The position numbers and the translations under genes are program-made. Below the pieces are notes generated by a model, which ran no database searches, had not been told where the DNA came from, and was given only the letters and a program-made list of their open reading frames with translations. 64,000 bases of DNA, from contig OW569373.1 of assembly GCA_937625935.1 (NCBI GenBank), positions 1 to 64,000 on the forward strand. The letters are read 5' to 3'. How positions within the stretch are numbered: position 1 is the stretch's first letter; every line of letters begins with the position of its first letter. Shown here piece by piece: positions 1 to 12,744 of this stretch. The DNA is from Tetramitus jugosus. Its lineage: Eukaryota; Protista; Heterolobosea.

Positions 1-843
1 CCAAACCCAAACCCCCAAACCCAAAACCCAAAACCCAAACCCAAAACCCAAAACCCAAACCCACCCAAAACCCAAACCAAACCCAAACCCAAACCCAAAC
101 CACAAACCAAACCCAAACCCAAACCCAAACCCAAACCCAAACCCAAACCCAAACCCAAACCCAAACCCAAACCCAAACCCAAACCCAAACCCAAACCCAA
201 ACCCAAACCCAAACCCAAACCCAAACCCAAACCCAAACCCAAACCCAAACCCAAACCCAAACCCAAACCCAAACCCAAACCCAAACCCAAACCCAAACCC
301 AAACCCAAACCCAAACCCAAACCCAAACCCAAACCCAAACCCAAACCCAAACCCAAACCCAAACCCAAACCCAAACCCAAACCCAAACCCAAACCCAAAC
401 CCAAACCCAAACCCAAACCCAAACCCAAACCCAAACCCAAACCCAAACCCAAACCCAAACCCAAACCCAAACCCAAACCCAAACCCAAACCCAAACCCAA
501 ACCCAAACCCAAACCCAAACCCAAACCCAAACCCAAACCCAAACCCAAACCCAAACCCAAACCCAAACCCAAACCCAAACCCAAACCCAAACCCAAACCC
601 AAACCCAAACCCAAACCCAAACCCAAACCCAAACCCAAACCCAAACCCAAACCCAAACCCAAACCCAAACCCAAACCCAAACCCAAACCCAAACCCAAAC
701 CCAAACCCAAACCCAAACCCAAACCCAAACCCAAACCCAAACCCAAACCCAAACCCAAACCCAAACCCAAACCCAAACCCAAACCCAAACCCAAACCCAA
801 ACCCAAACCCAAACCCAAACCCAAACCCAAACCCAAACCCAAA
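1..843 (-). repeat. Telomeric repeat array (CCCAAA)n / (TTTGGG)n, chromosome end
   Basis: About 140 hexamer units at the window start, C-rich strand on +. The first ~110 nt are slightly irregular. Confidence 0.97.
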
Positions 844-3169
844 TCAACTTCAATTTTTTTTTTTTCTACCTAAAAACTCAAAAAGTTTACCAACACATTT
901 CTCTGTCTATTTTTCACCCAGATTTCAAAAATTAACCTTTTTTGTCTATGTTTAATGAGTATGTTGGTTCATTTCGATCAGTGCATCAGACATTCAGTTT
1001 TATGTTGTTTTGTAAATCAAAATATTTTTGGGAGTTGCACCCTCCATCGTTTTATTATGTTTTTTGATTCTTTACGATAGAATACGTAGATAACATGTTG
1101 TTCTACAGTGTTACGCTTTTTTATCCTTCTTAACTATTGTTGTTTGCGCTGAATATCTCCCAAGCACAACTTCGAAATATCACTGAGTTGAGAATGACTG
1201 CTATTACAATTCTAATGGTTATATACTTTGCCTCTCGGTTAACTAATACTTCTGTGGTGACTTGAACTCATTTCAGTTATTTTTTATTCCTGGGTGCTGT
1301 GCACTCAATATCTTCATCTGATAAAAACCATCCTAAACACTTTACTATGAACAATATAATATTATCCATGTACTCTTTTCTTGAAAAAATGTCATTTCCT
1401 CCTTTTTGAATCACCTAACTTGAATTAATACCTGACTTGCTTGTTTGAAAAAGAATGAGCTCAAAAAAATCATTGCTATTTTGTCTTCCATTGGCCTCTT
1501 CTCGAAAAAGCTTCCGAGCCTCACTCTTCCTTAGAAAAAAATCGACTTCCTCATTTTGTGTATTTTTACAATGACTAAATAGGATTCACTTATCTTGGTA
1601 TTTAGAGCTCTTTCCTATGTTTGATCAGTCATTTATCATCCACTCTTTTAAAGATAATTACAGTTGAAAATTTCCATTTGTGCACGAGTTTGCTGAATAA
1701 TCGGAATACAATTTTCCAAAAATAATGGAATTTTTGTAATCTACGTCCTTATATTGACTTAGAATAGCCTTATTCATAGTCAGTGACAAATTTTGATGTA
1801 TCTGGTATGCATGTCCTCTACTCTATATCTCCGATAGGATAGCATGAAGTCAAAAAAAAGAGTCGGACAAAAAGAATCAAGGAATATGTGAAAGAGTAAT
1901 AGAGAAACCTAATACAGTTGTTAGATCTGAAATATCATATAAATCAACTGATCTGTTAACTCGTAGTTCTGAAAAACGATTTTACTGAGCAAATGGTTTT
2001 TTTTTGACCAAAGCCCAAAAAAAAAGCTTTTTTTTTACATGAAGCAGTTTTTATACTCGAAAAAATGACTTGTTTTTATGATTGAGACAAGAGGGGATGT
2101 CGTTACGTGCTCAAACCAACCTACATCTTCCGCATTTTTTGTGCTCTTTCTAACAACACCAGCATCATGGCTCGAAACCGCCTGGAAGCCTGGTTTGGGT
2201 CGTAGTATAATTACCACCCCTGGGATTTCAACTTTAAGCTAGATTCAGATTTGAAAGTTTACTATTTCACGGGCTTACAGAATTTTAAAGCGAAAAGTCT
2301 CAATAATAGGTAAAATATCTGATTCTACCGTGATTATATGATATAAAATGTCTATTCTATCCAGAAAACCCTAAATTAAGTCATCCGAATTTCTGAAAAA
2401 TCAAGTGCTAAAACACTGAGTCAAAAAAGATAGTTAGTAGGAAATCATGTCTAAAATTATCAAATAATGTCCCAATACTCTGATCTAAAACAAAGAAATC
2501 ATTTGTCACTAGTACGTCTTATCTCCAGTACAGAATCAAAATCGTCTAAAATCTGTTGCAGTTTTAACACTGTTGCCGATAAAAATCTGTTAAATACAGC
2601 ACAGATATATCGGCTCTACGAGCCGATAAAGCTCAAATCGAGTTGAAAACCTCGCCAATCTCTTCACCTCAACCAGCTGAAGCTCCTAGAGTAATAAAAA
2701 ATCTCAAAAAAAAATTACCATATAAGGAAATCGTTTCCTTAGGTTGAGGAATCCAGGATGTATCCGTATTATCTCTAAAACTGGTGAAAGTCTCCAGGTC
2801 AAGACAATTTCAAGTCAATTAAAAGTCATAAGACTGGAATGTAACTCAATCCGCCAAAAAACAATAAAAAATGACAGAAATAACAGATTTAATGCTTCAA
2901 ATGATTACAAGAGGTCCAAAATTCCAGTCTAAAACCTGAAAAAACTGTTCTCTTATCATACAGTCCAGTGCTAATCTCATGGTTTGATGAACAAAATTTG
3001 TCATAAAAGTCTGTTGCAGTTTCAATCCTGTTGCAGAGAAAATCTGTTAATTACAGTAGAAATAGATCGTCTCTTCGAGATGATAATTCTCAAATACCGC
3101 CACACTGTTCCATACTGTCATCTGAAGCCGCCAGTTCTCTCAAAACGCAAAAATAACAATCGGAATAAT

Positions 3170-3235
3170 TTTAGGGTTGGGTATGGGTTTACCAAAACGC
3201 GGATGTAATACCAAACCCAAACCCAACCCCAACCC
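3170..3235. repeat. Interstitial degenerate telomere-like repeats in inverted arrangement
   Basis: TTAGGGTTGGGTATGGGTTT, a ~20-nt spacer, then CCAAACCCAAACCCAACCCCAACCC. Confidence 0.7.
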
Positions 3236-3449
3236 TGAACAGGTAGATCTCAGACAAGAGGACTCAATCTGATGCAATAACCGAGATGATCAATCATTTA
3301 GCTGTGTCTTATCGCGAAAAATTTCAAGAGAAGGTGGATCATGAGGACCAGTACTCAATAAAATGCGCACATGACTGAAGACTCAGAATATTCCCCTTAT
3401 TTGTGGACAGACTTAGGGAGAGAGTTCTGCCCGCTGGAAACAAAGCAAA

Positions 3450-4050
3450 GATGGACAATTGGGCAGAGGTCTATCACTCTTGCTTGAATCAGTTCCTTAA
3501 GAAGTGAACGAACAGAAGCAAACAGATGATTTCACACTTAATCAAATTCGGAGAAGATGTGTATAAAAGCGAAGTTGAGCTCTCTTCAGGGAAGAACTGC
3601 ATAAATGTACTTCTTGTTAACATAGCCTCAATAAAGCTAATTACAATGCCTTGGGATGTTGTTGGAAAGCCACTTTTGCTGCCTTTGTACAGCTTTGAAA
3701 AAGGGTTGCAAGATACTTCAAACCTCGTTTCGATGGTTTACTTGGATTAAACGAGAAAGACTGTAGGAGTGTGATCAGTGTTTCGTCGATTGAAATTCGT
3801 TGCGAGGGTATGAACAGTGCAGTCCAGCGTTCATTCACTTTATCTTCAAAATGTAGTTCTTCTTCGTACATTTCACAAATTCATCTCTTGACATAATCTT
3901 AGAAATGACCAAGTTATTGAACAGTTTATCTTTGCTCCAGTAGGTGTAGTATCCTCCTGAACAACATTCATTCCCATTGCACATAATACTTGTATGTATC
4001 TGTCAAAGACATCCCCACGAAATGGGCCTTTTCCTTCTGTTGTTTTACCT
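3450..4050 (-). mobile_element. Degenerate piggyBac-like transposase (DDE_Tnp_1_7) relic; boundaries approximate
   Basis: Minus-strand fragments YWSKDKLFNNLVISKIMSR and ISIDETLI...NPSKPSKRGLKY match the piggyBac YWS...MSR and SIDE...PxKPxKxGxK motifs; broken by stops and frameshifts. Confidence 0.75.
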
Positions 4051-4725
4051 GATTAGCATCTTTATACATGTACATCGTTTGAATAGTGATCTCCATTACT
4101 GAATCCAAAAAACACAGGTCACTACACCATACAATTTCGAACGTTATCGAATACTCAGTGTTCGTCAATCTATCAAATACTGTAGTATATTTCGCATCAA
4201 CTGGAGAGCTCTCAAGCTATTGGTTGTCTTCTCGATCAAAGATTTTTGTTGGTGCTCTTCTGTTCGCTCGTGTTACATAGTCTCCTCCACATGTACTACA
4301 AACGAATGCTAGGTCGCCATAGCCTTGGTGAGGCTGAATGCGCGCGTTTGGAATAAGATGATAGTCGGAGTTTTATTTGACCAAGATAGATCAACAACAA
4401 CGAATAATTGATCAACAGTTGAATCTCATTCGTCACTATGAGTATTTGTTGTCAGTGAATAATATACCAATCATATCACCCTTGGTTTTTGCAGCACAAT
4501 CATCCACCACATCTCTATCAGAAACAATGTTCTGAAGTTTTACGCCACTCACATCAAGCAATGGCCGGTTTCATGTCCTGTTATTTGTAAAAGTGCGAAT
4601 CCTGCAAGTGCAATTTTGATCACCAACTCCTCCTCTGTGTTTTATGATTCTGTTGAAAATTTACACTGGTTTTATTTAATGATGTCTCAATGTACTCACT
4701 GTGAATGTCCGAAAAAATCAAGTGT

Positions 4726-5103
4726 GGGAGCGTCCAGATATTATTTTTTACGGCCCCTAGGCAGGGGTCTGAGAAATTTATTCAAATATTTATTCATAGG
4801 GGGTCTTTTGATCTGCTATTGCTGCTGTATTTGTTGTTGTACTTGTTTTCTTCGTTGTTCACTCATCCAAATCTCAGCATCATCACGCGATAAAAGGGAG
4901 CGTCCAGATATTATTTCTTACGCACCCCCTAGGGAGGGGGTCTGAGAAATTTATTCAATATTTTATTCATAGGGGGTCTCTTGATCCCAATCCTAGTAGG
5001 AGAATTAATGTAACGTTCGAATTTACAGGAAAATGTTTTATTCAAATTTATTCAAAACAGGCAGGGAGGGGGTCAGAGGTGAATATAATATCTGGACGCT
5101 CCC
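4726..5103. repeat. Subtelomeric ~88-bp direct repeat pair plus an inverted 19-bp core
   Basis: GGGAGCGTCCAGATATTAT...GGGGTCTGAGAAATTTATTCAA...GGGGGTC..TTGATC at 4726-4813 and 4896-4986; reverse complement of the core at 5085-5103. Confidence 0.85.
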
Positions 5104-5765
5104 AAATTTGATTAATGACTTCATCGGATGACAACGGTCGATCCATCCATGAAAATAACCTTGGTTCAGTATAGGGTACATTGATGTTCGATAAGGCCTC
5201 TTTTAATAAATCTTTAATTGACTTTTGTTTAATGAGCCATTGATAACTTTTGCGTGATAAATAGGATGATGATAAAGGTGGTGGTAGTTGTTGTTCTTGT
5301 TCATTATTCTTCTTATTCACCAAGTGTTGTTATTATGTGGTTCGAAATGATTTTTCATCATTCCCAGTGTTATCATCTGATATTCACTTCCTTTTGAGGT
5401 TGTTTTTCTTCTTCTGTTGTTGTTGTTGCATCATGTTCATAAGAATTCTGTAATAGTTGTTGTTGTTGGACAGAGAGTGGTACCGATGCATCAACAATGG
5501 ATCTGCATTTCCTCCTCCTAGTGCTAATGTTGATGACGATGGATTGGTTTGTTGGTTTGTGTAGTTGTAGGGAACTTTTTTGTTGATGTTGAACAATCGA
5601 TCAACGAATCTATTTTGAATGGGGTGAAAAACCACCGCCCTAAGTTTTCTCGTGATCTTAGATCTTAGATCTCTACCCGCAGCTGTTTTTCGAATTTTTC
5701 ACACACACACAAATTTAAAAAGAAGTGCGTGGACCACAGAGTCTTCATAATATAAACCCATAGAA

Positions 5766-6113
5766 ATGAAAGTGTTTGTTGTTGCTGTGTTTCTTGTGTT
5801 GCTGGTAGTTGAAGCAGTGTGTGATGATTGCCCAAGTGGAATACTTCCACAACCATGTTTGGTACCATGTGGAGGTGGATGTTGTGGCACTGGTTACAAA
5901 TGTTGTGGTACTTATTGTTGTCAGTCTGGGTATAAGTGTAGTGGTACAGGACATTACTCACAGGGATGTGTAAAAGAATTTTCTCAAAAAGTCTGTGAAG
6001 TTGACTACAGTGGTGCTAAATGCTGTTACACAAGTCAAGAATGTTGTGGTAGCTTGTGTTGTGGAGCATTCCAGAAGTGTAACAAAGAACGTCAAATATG
6101 TGAAATGAAGTGA
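5766..6113 (+). CDS. Small secreted cysteine-rich protein with repeated CC motifs
   Basis: Signal peptide MKVFVVAVFLVLLVVEA; repeated CCG/CC motifs; TATAAA just upstream. Confidence 0.8.
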   Translation: MKVFVVAVFLVLLVVEAVCDDCPSGILPQPCLVPCGGGCCGTGYKCCGTYCCQSGYKCSGTGHYSQGCVKEFSQKVCEVDYSGAKCCYTSQECCGSLCCGAFQKCNKERQICEMK

Positions 6114-6639
6114 TAGGTAAACTTTCGATCGAAAACAGGTGGTCGCATTGTGATGAAAACGATGTGCCATTATTGTTGTTTTTGCAGGAGATTGTTTGGA
6201 ATGGTGTTTATGGCAAGCCAACAAACACAGCAAAAACGAAGACTAAAAATCCACATTGCCATATTTCACAATTTACCAGGTTAGACCTCTTCCTACCCTG
6301 AATTGCAAAACAAACAAATAGCATTACATGAAGGTTATTAAAAGTATAGTGCTCGGATACTTACAGGTCCACTTACCAGTGGCGTTAGGAGGAATGGCCT
6401 TTTGTGTCGGGAATACTTGTGCCTTGGAGAGTTCAAGAATCATAATCGCTTCAATCTATGGACTTTGGCTAAGCTTCTATCCTTATCCAGCTCTAGAGAG
6501 TATAGTTCGAGCAGCATTGTTAGAAGCAGGCAACCCAAAATGAGCAGCGTTACTATCTTTAATTAAATAAAACCTTTATAAATATTTCCTAGCTCTAAAG
6601 GTACAAAATGCACAATAAACAAGAAACGATTGACAGTTA

Positions 6640-8760
6640 GCCAACATCACGCCAATCTCAGGAAAGTACTATTAAAGAGACGAAAGATGGCGAGCCAATA
6701 ATCACGACAACGCCACTCGTTCTTCTTCGAGCAAACATGTACAGATCATCAATCATTGGGTCAAAAGTAACGAATCGGTTATCGTTTTCTTCCACTAGAG
6801 GATAATACTCAGTAATAGCATGTACTCTATCACCATCCTTGCTTGTTAAACTTAGGTAACTAATTCTAATTGTTTTGAGTATTCACTGTATAGGGTGTGG
6901 GACATGAAGCTGTACACTGATTTACCACAGTTCATATCAACCAGAGATATATTCATAGCGACCAGCAAAAATTCCCCACTCGATTCACATTGGCTTCTCA
7001 CTATCTCACAATCAGATCCAGAAAAGCGTGGTTGACATATGCATCTATCTGGAGCAACACACTCCCCTCGACCACTACAAACATTGGTTTGGTTTCCTAA
7101 CTTACCATAGCACACTGGAATATTACATTCATCAGCCACATAACCTTTCAGGCAGTTACAATAGTTGGGCTTTTCACATAAACCATGTCCAGAACAAACA
7201 TTGGATTCATTTGAGAGAGATCCATAGCACCGAATAACATGACACTCATCACCCACATAACCTGAAGAACAATCACAAATATTTGGTTCTATACAAGAAC
7301 CAGCTCCACTGCAAACTGAAGGATTAGAAGCAGGGATATCAAAACAGATTGGAACAGAACAATTACTTCATGCTGGTTCGTACAAGTGCATACATCGGGA
7401 GCAGTACAATTTCCATTACCGGAACATACTTCCTGAGCATCTGGTAATACGCAAGCCCCGTTACCTGAACAAACTATTGGGTTGGTTTCATTCAACCCAA
7501 AGCACACACTAATTTCACATTGCACACCAATGCGACCCGATCGACAGTCACATGAATCAGGTGAAACACAAGTACCATACATTGAACAAACTGATTCACA
7601 TCAGTTGCGAATCCACTCTCTTCTCTACAAACGCACTTGTTTGGAGCTACACACTTTCCATGACTACCACACACCAACGGATCAGATTCATTACGCGAAT
7701 AACAAATATTAAGTTCACATCGATCACCAGTTCGGCCTTCTATACAACTGAATGTGTCCACATCAATACATGTTCCATTTGAGGAGCAAACATTCGGATC
7801 GGTTTCGTTAATTCCAAAACACATCGATAGTTGACACTCATATCCGGCCGTTGACACATTTCTCGTCCATGACAAACAAAAGTTTGATTCTTCTCAAGGA
7901 TTCCATTTCAAACATTTTGTTCACATTCCAAACCACCATAACCGCGAGTACAAACACAAAAGTCAACGTTAATATGGTTGCCTTGACAAGTCAATGGAAC
8001 ACAATCACCTTTGGCATCAAACTTTGTCAAGAAAGTGCAATTATTGTGTGCACCACACGTTCCATTTTTACCAAAGTTGCATGATGCAGGGTTAGTGGCA
8101 TTCAATCCGAAACATATTGGAGTGCTGCAATACACATCGGTATATCCAACTGAGCAATTGCATTTGTTGGGTGATATGCAAGAACCGTGGCCAGAGCAAT
8201 CCAAGCTTGTTGATAGAACAAGATCAATAGACGTACCAGGTGCTTGATAAATCGTTTCAATACCAGTGATTCGATCAAAGTATCTACTGTAAAACACGGG
8301 ATAACTGCAGTTTTCTCCAGTGTAGCCAGGGATGAGTTGAGAACTACATACACAATTCTCTGGTTCAACACAATAACCTTTACCACTACACACTAATGAT
8401 CATTGGTATTTCTACCATGACATATTGTGTATTGACATCTATCGCCATTGTATCCTGTTGTACAATTACAATTTCCTGGACCTATATATTCTCCAGGAGC
8501 AGAGCAAGCAAGTGGATTATTAGACAAGTATCAGGATCACAAATACATGTGTTCAGGTATTTGCTTTCTGTACAACAAACCCGGAACTTGGACTGGTAAG
8601 AACTTGTTGTTGTTTGTGCTATCTCCAAGCTGGCCTCTGTCATTCATTCCCCAACTATAAACTGTTCCATCCTAATAGGCCAAAGAATGATATTTTCCGG
8701 CTGTAATTTGGACAATTTTTCCCACACCTTTTTCACTCTTGTCAACACGATAATGACAAT
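6640..8760 (-). pseudogene. Fragmented EGF-repeat (tenascin-like) surface protein; boundaries approximate
   Basis: Repeated CSGxGxCxxPxxCxC units spread over ORFs 7908-8393, 7492-7875, 7289-7582 and 6852-7256 in different frames. Confidence 0.8.
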
Positions 8761-9049
8761 ATTAATTGGTCGTCTCAGAGGATTACCTTTCATCAGATCT
8801 GATAGTGTTTGACATCACACATTGTTGGTCGGAAAAAGCTTGCGAGATCAGTGTGATGTGTAGTTGGTGATAAAGTCATCATAGGAATGTGCTTTCATCA
8901 TCATAACTCTCTTACCCTCGTCCACAAATGCGATTTGGATTGTGACGTAATCGACAATTCTAAAACGAAATTACCGCGAGAGTTAGACAAATGACAAATG
9001 ACGCGTGAGTTTGATTTTGCATTTTTGTTCAACAAGAAAACCAAACATC

Positions 9050-9976
9050 ATGTTATCATCATCACATTTTCAAAAATTGGCTCTCTCATCCTCGCGAGCG
9101 CGAGTCAAACTGGCACTTACTATCTTCATTGTTCTCGTTGTTGTGAGTGTTGTTTGGATCATAAATTATCGTGACTTTATCGACACAACATCCACAAATG
9201 AATATGTCACCATCACCACTCTTGATCAACAACAACAGCAGCAATCACCAGATTCAAAAGAAGCAAAAACGGAACCAGCATATATTTATCATATAAACTT
9301 TGCTGATCGAGGTTTCAAAAATGCTCAGAAACGAAACTGTGAGTGCGCACTTTCCAAGGGAAAAGTCGATGAGTGTCTCATGTTCAATATGAACTCGTTG
9401 GACAATGAATTTAGAGAGAAGAACAAGGATATCTTATCAAGGAAGAGAGGTTCTGGTTACTGGTTGTGGAAGCCTTATATTATACTTCACACAATGCTCA
9501 ATATTGCAAAACCAGATGACTACATTATATATGTGGATTCTGGCAAGGAGAACAAGAGTCCATTTATTGTACCAGGAAATGGTGTCGAGAAATTGTTAAA
9601 CACACAGAATATTGTGATATTCCCAATGGGGTATCCGGAGGGACATTATACGAAGAGAGATTCATTTGTGTTGATGGGAATGGATTCTGATCCGGAAATC
9701 AAGTTATCAGGGCAAATGAACGCTGCATCAATCGTTGTCAAGAACACATTCAAAGCTCGGAGATTCATTGGTGAATGGTTAACGTATATGCAGGATACGA
9801 GAGCAAGTACTGATGACGAAAACACGTTCGGATTGCCAAATGATCCAGGTTTCAAAGATCACAGACATGATCAGAGTGTGTTGAGCCTATTGGCCAAGAA
9901 GTGGAAATTGGATTTGCATGGATCGAGAAGTTATTGGGGTGATTTTTTGACTGGCAACAAATATGGACGCAATTAA
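9050..9976 (+). CDS. Type II membrane glycosyltransferase-like protein
   Basis: N-terminal TM helix; motifs GYWLWKPYII, IYVDSG, DHRHDQSVLSLL. Confidence 0.7.
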   Translation: MLSSSHFQKLALSSSRARVKLALTIFIVLVVVSVVWIINYRDFIDTTSTNEYVTITTLDQQQQQQSPDSKEAKTEPAYIYHINFADRGFKNAQKRNCECALSKGKVDECLMFNMNSLDNEFREKNKDILSRKRGSGYWLWKPYIILHTMLNIAKPDDYIIYVDSGKENKSPFIVPGNGVEKLLNTQNIVIFPMGYPEGHYTKRDSFVLMGMDSDPEIKLSGQMNAASIVVKNTFKARRFIGEWLTYMQDTRASTDDENTFGLPNDPGFKDHRHDQSVLSLLAKKWKLDLHGSRSYWGDFLTGNKYGRN

Positions 9977-10222
9977 GTCAATCTATTGGCGAATTCTGTG
10001 TATATAGTTGAGTATGGCTCCCTTCTTCATACGTACATATGTGATGCCTCACCAAACGAAGCAACTGAGTTAAAACTTAAAGTCTCAGTGGTTTAAGTGA
10101 GTGGATCAAACAAAAGACATTAACAAGAATATTGACTTGTGTTCGGAACTGTTCCCAAGGAATCGTTCGAAATACTTAAGCTCTTGTCATATATTTACAT
10201 GTACTTGCGATAGAAATGAGAA

Positions 10223-11305
10223 TTAAGAATTTGCACCACCACATTTTAATTGTGGAGACTTGGATGTGGTGAGAGTGTCGGTTTGTCTATCAATGGTTCC
10301 ATCTTCTTGTCTCACCCATGTGTCGATATTGAAGGGAGATTCAGTGATTTCAATGACTCTGGCACCTCTCTTGAAATGCTTACCAAAGTAACCACCAAAG
10401 CCAGTCTTTCTTCCATAATTGAGTGTTACACCATTGTAATCTACAATGTAGTCATTGTTGTGATCATGACCAACATAGGTTGCTTTCACATCCTGCATCT
10501 CCTTGAATGCTCCCAATATTCCAGTGTTGACCGATGAACAGCACACTGTTTCCTTCTTTGTTCCTCTTCCTTGCAAATTGTTGAGTGAAGTCATATACTC
10601 CTGAGAAGCAATGTGGAAAAAGGCCAAAGAAGGAAGAATAGCACCATGTTTTCTTCTCAAATCCATCGAAGTTTTTCGATACCACTCTACTTGATCAGGC
10701 ATCATACAACTCCATCCAGGAACACCCATACATTCTCTGTTTCCAGTATCCATAAAGTACAGATGACTGACAGCTTTGTCACTATTGGATCCAAGAACTT
10801 GGAGAACATAATTCGAGTGACCACTAATGGAATTTGGTCCCATTTGACTCATACTCAATGGATATCCCAAATCAAGCTTCATAACTTGCTCACGAGACAA
10901 GTTTCCTTCTCCGTCATGATTCCCTAGAATGTATGCCCAAGTAATGTTGGCATCCATCATTGCTCGGACAGTCAATGGATAGCAACCAGCGACTCCATCC
11001 TTCATGCAACCAACTTTTTGGGAATAGTGATGACCACTGATGGAGTCTCCAGATATGACCACGAAATCTGGTTGTTCCCACTTAAGAATCTGAGCTTGTT
11101 GTTTCATTGTTTTTTCATCATTTTGCCCATTCTCACCAAAGTGCATATCCGTGAATTGAACAATCTTAAATTTACCATTCGATTGGAAACGAAGTGTTCG
11201 ACTGCATGACACTGCTGTTGCATGATACATTAAGAAAATAGAAACAACAGCAAATGACGCTACAAAGAGCACAATTGTTGTTGGTTTTGACCACCAGCTC
11301 ACCAT
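10223..11305 (-). CDS. Calcineurin-like metallophosphoesterase (Dcr2 / PAP14-28-29 type)
   Basis: FKIVQFTDMH, SGD, GNHD, FFHI, GHDHNND motifs; N-terminal TM; first ATG of the ORF at 11305. Confidence 0.9.
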   Translation of the reverse strand: MVSWWSKPTTIVLFVASFAVVSIFLMYHATAVSCSRTLRFQSNGKFKIVQFTDMHFGENGQNDEKTMKQQAQILKWEQPDFVVISGDSISGHHYSQKVGCMKDGVAGCYPLTVRAMMDANITWAYILGNHDGEGNLSREQVMKLDLGYPLSMSQMGPNSISGHSNYVLQVLGSNSDKAVSHLYFMDTGNRECMGVPGWSCMMPDQVEWYRKTSMDLRRKHGAILPSLAFFHIASQEYMTSLNNLQGRGTKKETVCCSSVNTGILGAFKEMQDVKATYVGHDHNNDYIVDYNGVTLNYGRKTGFGGYFGKHFKRGARVIEITESPFNIDTWVRQEDGTIDRQTDTLTTSKSPQLKCGGANS

Positions 11306-11953
11306 TATTGAGGTTACGGTGTTGTTGATTCTTTTTGTTGGTACTTTCCTTTCTCTTCTTGCCAACCAACCGATGCCTTGATTTGATTTTCCAATCACCG
11401 TAGGTTTTTTTTGAACGAACAAAATTACGACAGGTGTCGTGGGAGAGATTGTAAAGATGGTTTGAGAAATTTCATGGCTGTGATGAGGTTTGAAGGAGGA
11501 TTTTTTGAAACAAAAGAAGTACCACAAGAATCCGAACAGCAAAAACATTTCTGGCTCGAATTCCTTCGGTACAGTCATGTAATCTCGGAATAAAGGAGGT
11601 ACTTAATGGTTTTTGTTCAAAACAAATAGTAGCAGAGCTCTGGTAGAGAACGCAGGATACGATATCATTGGAAGCCGATCTTTGCTCTAAAAAGGCATAG
11701 CAAGCTTCATAAAGATTATATGAATCACAACGCCGACGGTGGAACCAACTTTCTGTCACCTATGAAATCCATCGAATCTATTTTATCAAGATCCTCATCC
11801 ACTCCACAACATGAGGACCTTGTTTTCAACAGTTAAGAAAAGGTCATAATATGTTTTTGGAAGAACAAAAATAGATGGGTAGGATCACAAGCCTGCTGCC
11901 CTTCACACCTGTCACGGGGTCACAGAACACTTGACCTCCAATCAGCAGATATC

Positions 11954-12541
11954 CTAAGCTTTATAAATGATTGGAGAAATGTTCCATGGGTTGTTCTTGT
12001 ATATCCCAAGATAAGTGTACACATCAGGTTTGTACTGGAGGGCAGAAGTGAACCCTAATCTCTTCAATTCATTTCGAACACGCAAGACATCGTTCTGATC
12101 AGTAAAATCAATGGTATAAATACAAATCACATGAGTAGGATCTTGGTGGTTGGAAGGTGATACTTTTGCGTAATGCCCCAAGTTGCCTTCTAACACAGCA
12201 TTCACAATGATCTCCCAGGCCGCATCAACTGTGTCCTTTCCTGGAAAGACAACCCACTTTCCAACAAGACAATTGTACTTGACGCCCAGCCCTAAAGCAG
12301 TTTTAGTCGTGGTTTCAGTGATACATTTCCATTCCTCACACATGGCAGCGATTTGAGTCATGGAACAGACTGTTCCAGATACCTTCTCAGGATTGGACAC
12401 AGCAATCCAATTGCATTGATTACGGCTTGTTTGACTTGGACGAAAGCTCGAGAGAAAAGCGTCCAGATTGTTGTTCCCCTTGTTGAAAGTGATCCTGTCT
12501 TGCATCCGTTTTTGAAACTCGTTCGTAGGATAGTTCCCCAA
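11954..12541 (-). CDS. DUF1917 / UPF0696 (C11orf68/BLES03-like) protein; start uncertain
   Basis: GKWVVF, AKVSP, VICIYTxDF, YKPDVYTYLGIY motifs. Confidence 0.8.
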   Translation of the reverse strand: MGNYPTNEFQKRMQDRITFNKGNNNLDAFLSSFRPSQTSRNQCNWIAVSNPEKVSGTVCSMTQIAAMCEEWKCITETTTKTALGLGVKYNCLVGKWVVFPGKDTVDAAWEIIVNAVLEGNLGHYAKVSPSNHQDPTHVICIYTIDFTDQNDVLRVRNELKRLGFTSALQYKPDVYTYLGIYKNNPWNISPIIYKA

Positions 12542-12744
12542 TTTTTGTGCTTCAACAAGATTCGAATTTCCACGAATTATCAGTGGCGAGTTTTTTGAGT
12601 CTACAATTCTTGATGGTTGTCATTTCCCTTGAAATCCGAGGTGGAACCATGCAATTCCAGAAAAGGACTTCTGTCTCGAGTGGAATTCCAAGACATAAAA
12701 GATCCAAACAGTGGTACCTAAGATGACAACACAAAACCAAAATA

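Noticed and set aside
5048-5635. Two minus-strand N/Q-rich ORFs as genes
   Set aside because: Low complexity, overlapping the subtelomeric repeats, and no recognisable domain
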